From the NCBI GenBank assembly GCA_043228905.1, contig JBHGNT010000012.1, forward strand, positions 6,820,001 through 6,884,000: a DNA stretch of 64,000 nt, written 5' to 3'. Origin of the DNA: Azolla caroliniana. Lineage: Eukaryota > Plantae > Polypodiophyta. This document shows positions 38,301 to 49,871 of this stretch, in pieces. Below the pieces are notes generated by a model. It saw only the letters and a program-made list of their open reading frames with translations, did no database searches and was not told the DNA's origin. The translations under genes were made by a program, and so were the position numbers. Position 1 is the first letter of the stretch. Every line of letters begins with the position of its first letter.

Positions 38301-39949
38301 CGCAAGGAGGGACGAACTCGGTAGCCCACATGGTGAACACAATGAACAAAGTGATGAGGGATTGTATCCCGGGCATCACCATGCCATTCTTAGACGACAT
38401 CCCGATCAAAGGATGCCCGGTGGAGGAAAAGGATGAGACAATCGAACTGGACAGATGTCGGAAATTCGTGGCGGCTCACGTTGATGACTACGAGAAGGTA
38501 CTGCAAAGGCTAGAAGGCGCGAGGCTCACCTTCTCCGAGGAAAAATCGGCCTTCGGGCAACCGGAGATCATGGTCGTCAGACACCTATGCGGGCCATACG
38601 GTCGGAAACCGTCTCCGACCAAGGTGGAGGCCATCTCCGCGATGAAGCAAGACTGCAATTCGGTTACGGAGGTTCAGAGATTCCTAGGAGCATGTGCATT
38701 CTACCATATTTGGATCCCGCATTACGCCCACGTCGTAGAGCCGCTCTATGGGTTGCTGAAGAAAGCGCGTAAATTCCAGTGGAGAGACGAGGATACGGAG
38801 TCGGTCCGGAAGATGAAAGAAGCACACGCCGTGGCACCGGCGCTCCAAAAGGCTGTCTACGGCAAAGACATTCCAATTTACATGACGGTGGACACGAGCC
38901 CGACCGGGATTGGGTGGGTGATCAATCAGGAAGATGAGGACGGTGTACGCTTCCCGATCCAGTTCGGGGCAAAGGTACTGAGCGAGTGGCAACGATGATA
39001 CGCCCAAATTAAGCGCGAGCTATGGGGTATCGTTTCGGCAGTCAAGGTCGACAAGGACTATCTGATCGGGACGGAAGTGATCATCGAGACGAACTGCCTA
39101 CCGATTCTAGGTATGGTTTTCGGCTGCATGACTCCGGACCCGGCGATGCTCAAGTGGATTGTTTACATCAAGTCCCTAAATCTGGAAATACGACACATTT
39201 CCGGAAAGGACAATGCCATGGCCGACATGCTTTCGAGAGCGAGGTTCGATGACGAGAACGGCATGGTTTTGGAGGACGAGGAAGTCGGCGTGGAGTTCTT
39301 CGAGGCGGCTTACGTAACAACAAGAAAGGGGAGCACTCCGGCGCTTAACGAATTCGACGACAGTAAGTACGAGACCAACCGGATTCGGAAGAAAGTGTAC
39401 CAATTCTTCCTACGGGATGGGAGCATATGGAAGCACCCGAAGAAGAGAAACGACATCCTGCCCCGAGTGGTGGCGAGGAAAGAGGAACAGGAAGAATTGC
39501 TGACGGCATACCACGGGACGTGGGCCACATTCGAGAAGCTAAAGGGGAAGTACTAGTGGCCGAGACTATACTGGGACGTGCATCGGTTCGTGATGACTTG
39601 CAAAAGCTGTCAGGTGCACTCTGTAGTCCGACATCGGGACGAGCTTCACCCGACCTACCCTCCGACCGTCCACTTTATGTGGTATGCTGCTACAGATGCG
39701 TAGGTGAGATCGTGGCCGACCACAGAGAATTGGACGCGCAAGAGGCGGAAGAGCTGTTTGATCGGCTAGGGATTAAACTCTCGCTCACCACAACGTCCAA
39801 TCTGGAGGCTAACGAGAAGGTGGAGCGCGGACACGGGCCAATTGTCAAAGCGTTAGTACAGGCGTGTGGAGGCCAAACCGGGAACTGGCCGCGGCTCTTA
39901 CCCTATGCATTGTGGGCGGACCGAACCACGCATAGTTCGGTAACCGGGT
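35320..39949 (+). pseudogene. gag-pol: Gypsy gag-pol (continues 47641 to ~48170)
   Basis: CLWCDAVDHTRKDC knuckle, VLVDHG protease, DLYSGYDQ and FLDDIPIKG RT, VDTSPTGIG RNase H, KVERGHGPI integrase, RRWFGPY after the insertion. Confidence 0.88.
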
Positions 39950-40487
39950 TGTTGAGAGACAAGCTCAACATCGGCAGGATCGGCTGAAGAAGCCGAGGAC
40001 CGGATCGGTTGGAACCGATCGGTTTGGCCGAATGCGTAAACCGGTACGCAGATCGGTGCGTAGGTAGGGTCGGATTGGTGCGTAAATCGGGAGGCCGTTA
40101 GGAAAGATATTCCGTGAGGAATATATTTGGGAGTTAGTGTAGGAGCTCTTAATGAGCATTGAAGTACTGTCAGTACTTCTGTCAGTCCTTCTAGGACTTG
40201 TATAAAAGTGTTCATTGAACACACATATGTATAGAATGGTGAATAGAGATTGAGTATTGTTTGTTGAATATAGTTCTTGTGTTTTCTCCCTCTCTCTCTC
40301 TCTGTCTCTCCCGCGTATACTGTGTAAGCTCAAGCTCTCCATTAAACCTGAGTTTTCTTCCTTCTGTTCGGTCTTCATACTTGCTTCCGCACGCTACCTT
40401 TTACATGGTATCAGAGCGCGAGGGTTGAGAACCTCTCTGCAGCCGATACAGCTTGACGAAGAAGAACAAGAAGAACGATGGATAGAG

Positions 40488-43400
40488 GCATGGCGAGCTC
40501 GCTTCCAACAGAGAAGCTCGACAGAACCAACTACGCGTCTTGGTGCTACAAGATGCACTAGTACCTGCTCGGGCACCCGAATTGACACATAGAGACTTCG
40601 CGTCGTGTGTGGGCGAACAACTATTGAGCTATGTTCGGGATGCAAAGATGCAGAAGGGTGCGTGGGAAAATCTGAAGAAGATTTTTGCCGCGAGCACCAC
40701 AACCAGGAAGCTTCAGCTCCGACAAGAGTTGAGCAACCTATGACAACGCGACTTGTCAGTGGTGGACTATACCTCGAAGATCAAGGATATCTGCGACTCC
40801 CTCGCCTCCATAGAGGTGAACATCGAGGAGAGTGAGATGGTCCAGATCTGTCTTGGAGGTTTGGCGTCGAAGTTCGGAGTGTTCCAAACGGCTTTGTGTA
40901 CTCGGGAGAATACGCCGTCCTTTTTCGACTTACAGTCAATGCTCTTGGTAGAGGAGAACCACGCGGGTGCGTCTACAAGCACGCACATCGACAGTAGAAT
41001 GCTGTACACGGAGGGAGATAGGCCCTGTGGACGTGGAGGACGAGGCGAGTCGGTGCGCAATGGAGGCGGCCGACAAGATCAAGGAAGGAGACACCGAAGT
41101 GATGCCGACAGCAACTCCAGACCCTCCAAAAACAGGGGGAGTCGAAGCGATGAGAACTGGCAAGGGAAGGCCATCACGGAGTGCTGGTACTGTGGCAAGA
41201 AAGGCCACAGGGAAAGTGAGTGTTGGAAGAAGCGCGCCGATTCGGAGAGAACCGGTTCCGAAAACGGCTCCAGACATACCGACAAGGGAAATCGGCAGCA
41301 ATCGCACTACGCCGAAGACTCCGGGAGAGCCGGAGAAGGGTCTGCCTTCGTGACGAGACACGAAGCAAACTCAATGAAACAGAGCACCCCGAGATCGGAC
41401 GAGGTGTGGTACGTAGACTCCGGTGCGTCAAACCACATGACGAGCCATAAGGAGTGGTTCTCGTACCTTGAAAAACCGATACAACTTGGAGTAGTCGCAA
41501 CTGGAGACGACACTCCGCATCCGATCGCGAATGTCGGAGAAGTTCCCCTTAGCCATGTCGGGCAGAAAGGGAAACTCATGAACGTGTTGCACGTTCTGAC
41601 AATCACAAAGAACTTGGTCTCGGTTGGACAGATCGTCAACCAAGGGATGAAGGTTCGGTTTACACACCTCGGGTGCTACATTGAGGAAGAAGGCCGTGTG
41701 ATTGCGCAAGGGCGCAAAGACGGGAGGATGTTCATCCTCGACTCCACTGACGGCGGCACCGCAATGTTCGCGAAGGGACAAAAATCCGAGTCGGACATCG
41801 ACTTGTGGCACAAGCGGATAGGCCACGTCAACTACCAGCGGCTTCAAGATCTGCAATCGAAACAGGTAGTGTTCGGATTGCCCAAATTTAGTGGCCGAAA
41901 GACACAAATTTGTGAAGCCTGCCAGCTCGGGAAGCAACACCGACTTCCTTTCCCCAACGAGCGAAACCGGAGCCGGAACAAGCTCGACCTTATACACTCC
42001 GATGTATGGGGGCCAGCACAAAACGTTAGTCTTGGCGGGAGCCGATATTTCGTCTCCTTCATCGACGACCACACGCGGCACACGTGGATCTACCTCATTG
42101 AGAGGAAGAGCGAAGTCTTCGATTGTTTTCGGGACCTCAAAGGGTTCGTGGAAACGGAAACGGGACGAAGGATCAAGTGCCTGCGGTCGGATGGCAGGAA
42201 AGAGTACTTCTCTGGTCAATTCAACGGTTATCTACAACAAATGGGAATTCAGCGCGAATTCAGTTGTAGATACACGCCGGAGCAGAACGGTGTGGCTGAG
42301 AGGAAGAATCGGTCAGTTGTGGAAGCGGCATGGGCAATGCTGGAGGAGAAGAGCTTGCCCAAGTTCTACTGGGCCGAGGCGGTAAGGACCGCGGTATACA
42401 TCCAGAACCGGATCGGAGACAAAGTGTCGGCGCACGAGCTATATTTCGGAACGAAGCCGAACTTGCAACACTTGAGGGTGTTCGGTAGCATTGCGTATGT
42501 GCATGTACCGAAGGAGAAAAGGAGGAAGTTGGACACAAAGGCCGAGAAATGCATCTTGGTCGGTTACTCGGACGAGCAGAAGGGTTATAAGTGCTATAAC
42601 CCTCGCACCAAACAAGCGTGTGTTAGCCGCGACGTTGTGTTTGACGAGTTTGCGTCCTGGTACCAGCCCCCGACTCCAAACCCCGACTCCAATCCGAGTT
42701 CTGACGATGAGGTCAGCGAGGCTGAGATGCCTCCGGATGAGCCCGAAATCGAGACCCGCCAAGAGAGTCCGATTTCACTCCGCTTAAGTGGACCTATTAG
42801 ACGACTGAGTCGGTACGATCAGTCCAATGAAGAGCCAGCGAGTAGTGGAGACTCAGCTGTGCATTCCCCGCACAAGAAGCCGAGGAGACGGCTTACATGC
42901 AAAGAGAAAGGGAAGAAGAAGGTGTCGGATTCTGGCACGGATAGGAACGAGTCAGACCGACGCGACTCCGACTCCGAGGGAACCGGTGACGGGTCTTTAA
43001 AGGTGAAGTCCGCGTCGACCGAGAAGGCCTCGACATCGGCTAATGTGAGATTACGCCGATCTACCCGCTAGAAGAATCCTGTTTTGCGGTTCGGATACAA
43101 CGAGTACATGGCGCATCACTATGCATACATGACCCATGTAGCGGAAGTGCGTGAGCCGGAGAGCTACGCAGAAGCGGCTAAAGACGCGACTTGGCGTGCC
43201 GCGATGGAGGAAGAGATGCACGCATTGGCGGAGAACGAGACCTGGGACTTGGTTGACGCACCGAAGGGTGTGAAGCCGATTGGGTGTAGGTGGGTGTACA
43301 AGGTCAAGTACAACACCATAGGCTCGGCTAGTGGCAAAGGGTTACGCGCAAAAACACGGCATCGACTACGACGAGACATTTGCGCCGGTCGCGAAAATGA

Positions 43401-43834
43401 CGACCGTCCGTGTTTTGCTCGCAGTAGCTGCGGTAAAGGGGTGGCACTTAAATCAGCTGGATGTAAAGAATGCATTCCTGCAAGGTGACCTTGAGGAACA
43501 TGTGTACATGGTACAACCCCTCGGATTTCACTCTGGAATGAACTCCTCGGCAATATGCCGACTGAAGAAGTCCCTTTACGGACTAAAGCAAGCCCCGCGT
43601 GCCTGGAACGCGAAGATCATGCAACAACTGCGTCGGATGGGCTTCGTCACGTCAAAATCGGACTCTTCCCTGTTCATCCGGAAAGGTCGACTCGGACCGG
43701 TTAGTATTTTACTATATGTTGATGACTTGGTCATCACCGGTGCCGACCTAGGTGAAATCGACCGTGTGAAGCTCCAGCTTGCGGCATTGTTCGACATGAA
43801 GGATCTGGGGGACCTTCATTACTTCCTCGGGATC
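40488..43834 (+). pseudogene. gag-pol: Copia gag-PR-IN-RT; 772-aa open stretch at 40753-43071
   Basis: CWYCGKKGH knuckle, WYVDSGASNHM, WHKRIGH, QNGVAERKNR, LLYVDD. Confidence 0.93.
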
Positions 43835-46629
43835 TGTAAAACGTAACGTGCGGAAGCAGGTATAAAGACCGAACAAAAGGAAGAAAGATTCAGGTTTAAT
43901 GGAGAACTTGAACTTACGCAGTATACACGGGAGAGACAGAGAGAGTGAAATCACACGAACTATATTCAACAATAATACTCGATCTGTACATAAGACGTGC
44001 TCAGTGAACACTTTTATACAAGTCCTAGAAAGACTGACCAAAGTACTGACAGTACTTCAATGCTCATTGAGAGCTCCTACACTAACTCCCAAATATATTC
44101 CTCACGGAATATCTTTCCTAACGGCCTCCCGGTTTACGCACTCGGCCTAACCGATCGGTCCCAACCGATCCGGTCCTCGGCTTCTTCAGCCGATCCGGAC
44201 GATGTTGAGCTTGTCTCTCAACACTCCCCCTCAAGCTCCACTCGAGGCTCTTCGGGATCCTCGGGCTCACAGCTCCGGTTCCTCCTGGCTTCACGCCTCG
44301 CTCGCGCTCCTCGACCTGTTTGACTCCGCGCGCTTCGACCCTTCTGGTCGGCTTGTTTGCTCATGCGGCCCTTATCATGTCTTCTGCTATTGCGGTGTTG
44401 ACGCTTCTCCTGCTACCTTTTCTTCCGCTTGGGCCTCGGTTGATTCAGCGTATCTGAATCAAACATCCGAACTGTCTCGGCTACCTCCGATCGGTTTTCG
44501 CTCTCGTCCGAGTTGGCTGTCTCCAACTCGTCTTCGGTCTTCTCGCCCTCGGTGGTGTCATCTTCCCCATGCGTGGTTGGCTTCGGCTCTCTCCTTCGGT
44601 TGCTCCCCTTTTGTCCGCTTCCGGACTTTTCCGCGGGTCCGCCCTCGGCTTCTTCAGCCGATCCGAAGTCGAACTCGACAACCGAGTCAACAACCGAGTC
44701 AACCGACTCAGTGTCGCAGCCTCCGCTCCTTTCCTGCTGGTTTGCTTGGTCGTTGAGGACTGTTCTCCCCCTCAAGTTGGGCACGTCGAGGTGACGCAAT
44801 CCGAGCACACCGGAGAATTGCTGCAACTTGTCCAGACCAAGGGGCTTAGTGAAGATGTCGGCAGTCTGCCGATCCGTCGGAACGTACTGAAGTTCGACTT
44901 CATCGGAAAGGACATGCTCACAGACGAAATAGTAATGCACCTCAATGTGCTTGTTCCGGGCGTGGAAAACGGGGTTTTTCGCGAGCTGGATGCTGCTGAG
45001 GTTGTCGCAGTAGATCGTCGTCGGATCTGACACCTCCTCTTGCAGGTCCTTAACTAGTCGCTTCAACCATATGGCTTCGCATGTCGCGATAGCCGCTCCT
45101 CGGTACTTAGCTTCGGTGCTCGACAACGCAACTGTCGGCTGCTTCTTATTGCTCCACGCGATCGCGGCACTCCCGAGGGAAAACGCGTATCTGGACGTGG
45201 ATCGTCGATCGGCGGCGTTGCTAACCCAATCAGCATCGGTGTAGCCGACTAACTGCGCGGCTGCACTGGTCTGATATAGCAGTCCCCAATCCTTAGTGCC
45301 ATTGACATACCGAAGTATGCGTTGCGCACACTTAAGGTGCTCCTCGGTAGGTCGTGCCATGAACTGATTGATCACTCCGACCGGATAACTGAGGTCGGGT
45401 CGGGAGATGGTGAAGTATATGAGGCTTCCGACAATTTGTCGGAACCTCATCGGGTCGCATACCTTTCCCGTATCGGGACGAAGCTTGACGGTTCTATCCA
45501 GAGGAGTCGAGATGGACTTACAGTCGGCCATCCTGAATTTGAAGAGCATACTCAAGACGTAATGACGTTGGCTGATCAATATGCCGTCGGGGGTACGGAT
45601 CACTTCGATCCCGAGGAAGTAACGAAGGTCCCCCAGATCCTTCATGTCGAACGATGCCGCAAGCTGGAGCTTCACGCGGTCGATTTCATGTAGGTCGGCA
45701 CCGGTGATGACCAAGTCATCAACATATAGCAAAATACTAACTGGTCCGAGTCGACCTTTCCGGATGAACAGGGAAGAGTCCGATTTTGACGTGACGAAGC
45801 CCATCCGCGTGATCTTCGCGTTCCAGGCTGTGGTGCTCGCGTTCCAGGCTGAAGCTTCCTGGCTGTGGTGCTCACGGCGAAAATCTTCTTCAGATTTTCC
45901 CATGCACCCTTCGGCGTCTTTGCATTCCGAACATAGCTCAATAGTTGTTCGCCCACACACAACGCGAAGCAGTATAATACCCTTCTCACCGATTTCTCCC
46001 ACGACGGGAAGTCTCTGTGTGTCGATTTGGGTGCCGCGTCATTAGCTCCTTCGACATAACTCCAGTAGCCGTGCCCGAGCAGGTACTGGTGCATCTTGTA
46101 GGACCATGACGCGTAGTTGGTACTGTCGAGCTTCTCTGTTGGAAGCGAGCTCGCCATGCCTCTATCCATCGTTCTTCTTGTTCTTCTTCGTCAAGCTGTG
46201 TCGGCTGCAGAGAGGTTCTCAACCCCCACGCTCTGATACAATGTAAAAAGTAACGCGCGGAAGCAGGTATAAAGACCGAACAAAATGAAGAAAGACTCAG
46301 GTTTAATGGAGAGCTTGAGCTTACACAGTATACGCGGGAGAGACAAAGAGAGTGAAATCACAAGAACTATATTCAACAATAATACTCGATCTGTACATAA
46401 GACGTGCTCAGTGAACACTTTTATACAAGTCCTAGAAGGACTGGCCGAAGTACTGACAGTACTTCAATGCTCATTGAGAGCTCCTACACTAACTCCCAAA
46501 TATATTCCTCACGGAATATCTTTCCTAACGGCCTCTGGTTTATGCACGCGGCCTAACCGATCGGTCCCAACCGATCCGGTCCTCGGCTTCTTCAGCCGAT
46601 CGGGCCGATGTTGAGCTTGTCTCTCAACA
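43835..46629 (-). mobile_element. Internally deleted copy of the same Copia family inserted antisense into the host's RT
   Basis: LTRs 46242-46629 and 43835-44223, mutated PBS ~46230-46241, PPT, perfect TSD GGATC; gag N-terminus fused to RT C-terminus-RNase H. Confidence 0.95.
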
Positions 46630-48242
46630 GGATCGAAGTGATCCGTACCCCAGAAGGCATATTGATCAGACCCCGAACGACCAAGCAAGGTAGCAGGAAA
46701 GGAGCGGAGACCGCGACACGGAGTCGGTTGACTCGGTTCTCGAGTTCGACTTCGGATCGGCTGAAGAAGCCGAGGGTGGACCCACGGAAAAGTCCGGAAG
46801 CAGACAGAAGGGGAGCAGTCGAAGGAGAGAGCCGAAGCCAACCATGCATGGGGAAGATGACGCCATCGAGGGAAAGAAGACCGAAGACGAGTTGGAGACA
46901 GCCAACTCGGACGAGAGCGAAAACCGATCGGAGGTAACCGAGTCGGTTCGGATGTCTGATTCAGATACGCTGAATCAACTGAGGCCCAAGCGGAAGAAAA
47001 GGCAGCAGGAGAAGCGTCAACACCGCAACAACAGAAGAGCTGATAAGGGCCACATGAGCAGACAAGCCGATTGGAAGGGTCGAACAGGTCGAGGAGTGCG
47101 AGCGAGGCGTGAAGCCAGGAGGAACCGGAGTTGTGAGCCCAAAGATCTCGAAGAGCCTCAAGTTGAGCTTGAGGGGGACTGTTGAGAGACAAGCTCAACA
47201 TCGGCCGGATCGGCTGAAGAAGCCGAGGACCGGATCGGTTGGGACCGATCGGTTAGGCCGAATGCGTAAACCAGTACGCAGACCGGTGTGTAGGTAGGGC
47301 CAGATCGGTGCATAAACCGGGAGACCGTTAGGAAAGATATTCCGTGAGGAATATATTTGGGAGTTAGTGTAGGAGCTCTTAATGAGCATTGAAGTATTGT
47401 CAGTACTTCTGTCAGTCCTTCTAGGACTTGTATAAAAGTGTTCATTGAACACACATATGTATAGAATGGTGAATAGAGATTGAGTATTGTTTGTTGAATA
47501 TAGTTCTTGTGTTTTCTCTATCTCACTCTCTCTGTCTCTCCCGCGTATACTGTGTAAGCTCAAGCTCTCCATTAAACCTGAGTTTTCTTCCTTCTGTTCG
47601 GTCTTCATACTTGCTTCCGCACGCTACCTTTTACACGGGTTCATGCCGGCAGAGCTAATATACAGGCAGAAGCCGATCATGCCAACGGAGCAAACAATCT
47701 CCTCATGGGCCACGGTGAACTGGAAAGACGAGATGAGCGGGGAGGAGCTATTAGCGGCACGGATTCGGCAACTGGGGCGAAGACCGGAAGACGTGGACCA
47801 AGCCGTGGAAAAGTTACGGGTGGCGAGGGTAAAGAACAAAGGAAGGTTCGACCGGACTCATCGACTGAGACCGAAGAAGATCAACGAAGGCGACTGGGTT
47901 CTAGTGTATGACAGCAGCCTCGACAACGAACACATGGCAATGCAGAAGTTTGCAAGAAGGTGGTTCGGGCCTTATGTGGTGACATGCGCCAACGACAATG
48001 GGACCTACCATCTCACGGAGCTCGACGGGACAAGGATGGCGGTACCGGTGGCGGGCAAAAAGGATCAAAGCATTCAAAAAGCGGCACGAGGCTGAACTGG
48101 ACCCTGATGACCTGGATAGCGACAACGACCGGCTCGGAACGGATGTCAATCCGGAAGATGAAGGATAAGCATGGGCCGGTCTTCTCCGGCAAGAGTCTAA
48201 TTTTGGCGCATACCCGTGGATGCGCGGTTAGGTGGGGGCGGA

Positions 48243-48730
48243 TGTCATCCCTAGGCGGAAACCGGGTATAACGTGCACAAACCGGCCCTTACACGTGGGC
48301 ACAAGTTTTGTTGTATAGGGGTATCACGTTTTGAGGAGGACAAAGTGCTGCCGGACTGGAACCAAGTTCTTCTCCTCTGTCTTCTCCATAGTCGTTCTGT
48401 GCAGGTTTTCGGGAAGCTGACTCTACGCCGCGGAACGCCCGAGTGCTTCCGGCAGAGTCTCCATCTCGCGTTCTGTGTGTGTGTGTGTGCAGGCGTCGGA
48501 GCCTATCACTCGCCGGCTTGCAGGTTGTAACTCCTCGATTTATATATATACATATACATTCGTTCTGTCTCCATCATTCGAAGTTAGTTGTAACGCATGT
48601 GAATCGGTGTTTCTGTGCGCGTGTGGAGTGCATCGGTAGTTTCCTTCCCCTCATCTCCTTCGGATATTTCTCGGTCCAAGGCCCCCATGGTCCCGCCTCG
48701 TTCTCCGTGCACGCACGTAACAACGCGACA
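48243..48730 (+). repeat. 3' LTR of tRNA-Trp Gypsy
   Basis: TGTC...GACA after PPT; last ~130 bp match 35143-35275. Confidence 0.9.
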
Positions 48731-49871
48731 CCGTGTCCGGGATGTCTGGATACGCCAGGACCTCACTTTCCACCGTCAATACGGCTTTCCCTCGTTATGA
48801 CTGGGCCATAATGATCGGCCATGGATCCCGGATTATTTCGAAGGTGGTGTTGGGCTTCGTAGCTGCGGAGCTGTCGCCTACGATCATTGTCTCTGCAGCC
48901 ACGAGTGCGTCTTTCACTAATCCTCGCCCATCTTTCCTTTCTAGCCTCCGCCTTTTCGGCCTGGGGCTTTCCTGTTGTGATTCGACATCTAGCTCAAGTG
49001 CCGCTTCCTCGGTGCGCGCCGCCACCTGCTCTTCCTGCATTGTTTGTGTGTTTGGCTGGGCGGGTTGGGGTTCATCTTCCCACTCTGTGGTGGCTAACTC
49101 CGCTAACCTTCGTTTCGCAAATCGAGGCGGTATAAGCTTGCTGGGTTGCGGTGCTAGCAGCCCTCGGGGCAGGAATAGTACCGTCAGATATTGTTGTATG
49201 ATAGGCCTGAGCTTTTTACCTCCTTGATACGCATGCAACCCTTCCGTTAACGTTGGCCCCGTGATGACCCCCCAATCGACCGTACACCCTTCAAAGGTAT
49301 CAATGCTGATGCCTGCCTTTTGCTTGGCCATCCCATATGCGTTGACATGTACGCATCCGACCTCTAACAGGAACTTGGCGATTTCGCGGAAAAATGGATC
49401 CGGGATCTCCTTCGTTCTAAATGCCTTGGCGGATGACGAATATGGCCCGAAATATCTCTACAGCGACTCCGTAGGAGGGATTTCGAAGTGTCGTTCACCT
49501 AGCGATGACAGGTCCAATTTTTTCCGAATAGATGAGTTGGTGACCGTGTCGATGTTGAGCTTTTTGGCGATGTCCAGTGCATCAGGGTGTGGAGGTGCCT
49601 CCGCGACCCTGATGTACCCGTCCAAGCGTTTCTCCATGAGCCATCGACGCAAGGCGGTAGAGATGAATATCGGAATAGTCAGAATAGGCTCGTGGCTAGG
49701 GGGTGAGGACTGTTGGTTGCGGTTGTCTTGAGCTCTATGATAGGATGGAGAAGAGGGTGAGGACGGGGAGCGATGAGAGCGCTGAGAGTTAGAGGGTCGA
49801 TTTCTGTATTGTGCAGAAAACCTTCTATTTCCTTCTTTTTGTGGCCTAGGGTTCATTGGTCGATGAGCCAT
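48731..49871 (-). pseudogene. Accessory ORF downstream of pol (unknown function, about 380 aa, truncated)
   Basis: 49458-49871 and 48795-49331 are in one frame separated by a single stop; same strand as pol; basic PRPKRRR motif. Confidence 0.7.

Larger units (their letters stand above)
39950..47635 (+). mobile_element. Copia family A-related element with two LTRs; late RT and RNase H deleted
   Basis: LTRs 39950-40405 and 47180-47635, PBS 40406-40417, PPT GAGGGGGAC, perfect TSD CGGGT. Confidence 0.95.
35143..48730 (+). mobile_element. Non-chromovirus Ty3/Gypsy primed by tRNA-Trp, decayed, 5' LTR truncated
   Basis: 35143-35275 matches the 3' end of LTR 48243-48730 (TGTC...GACA); PBS TGGTGAACCCGACGTGAAT; PPT GGTGGGGGCGGA; gag-PR-RT-RH-IN order. 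Confidence 0.9.

Noticed and set aside
48795-49871. Retroviral env gene
   Set aside because: No convincing signal peptide or transmembrane helix; reported as an accessory ORF instead.
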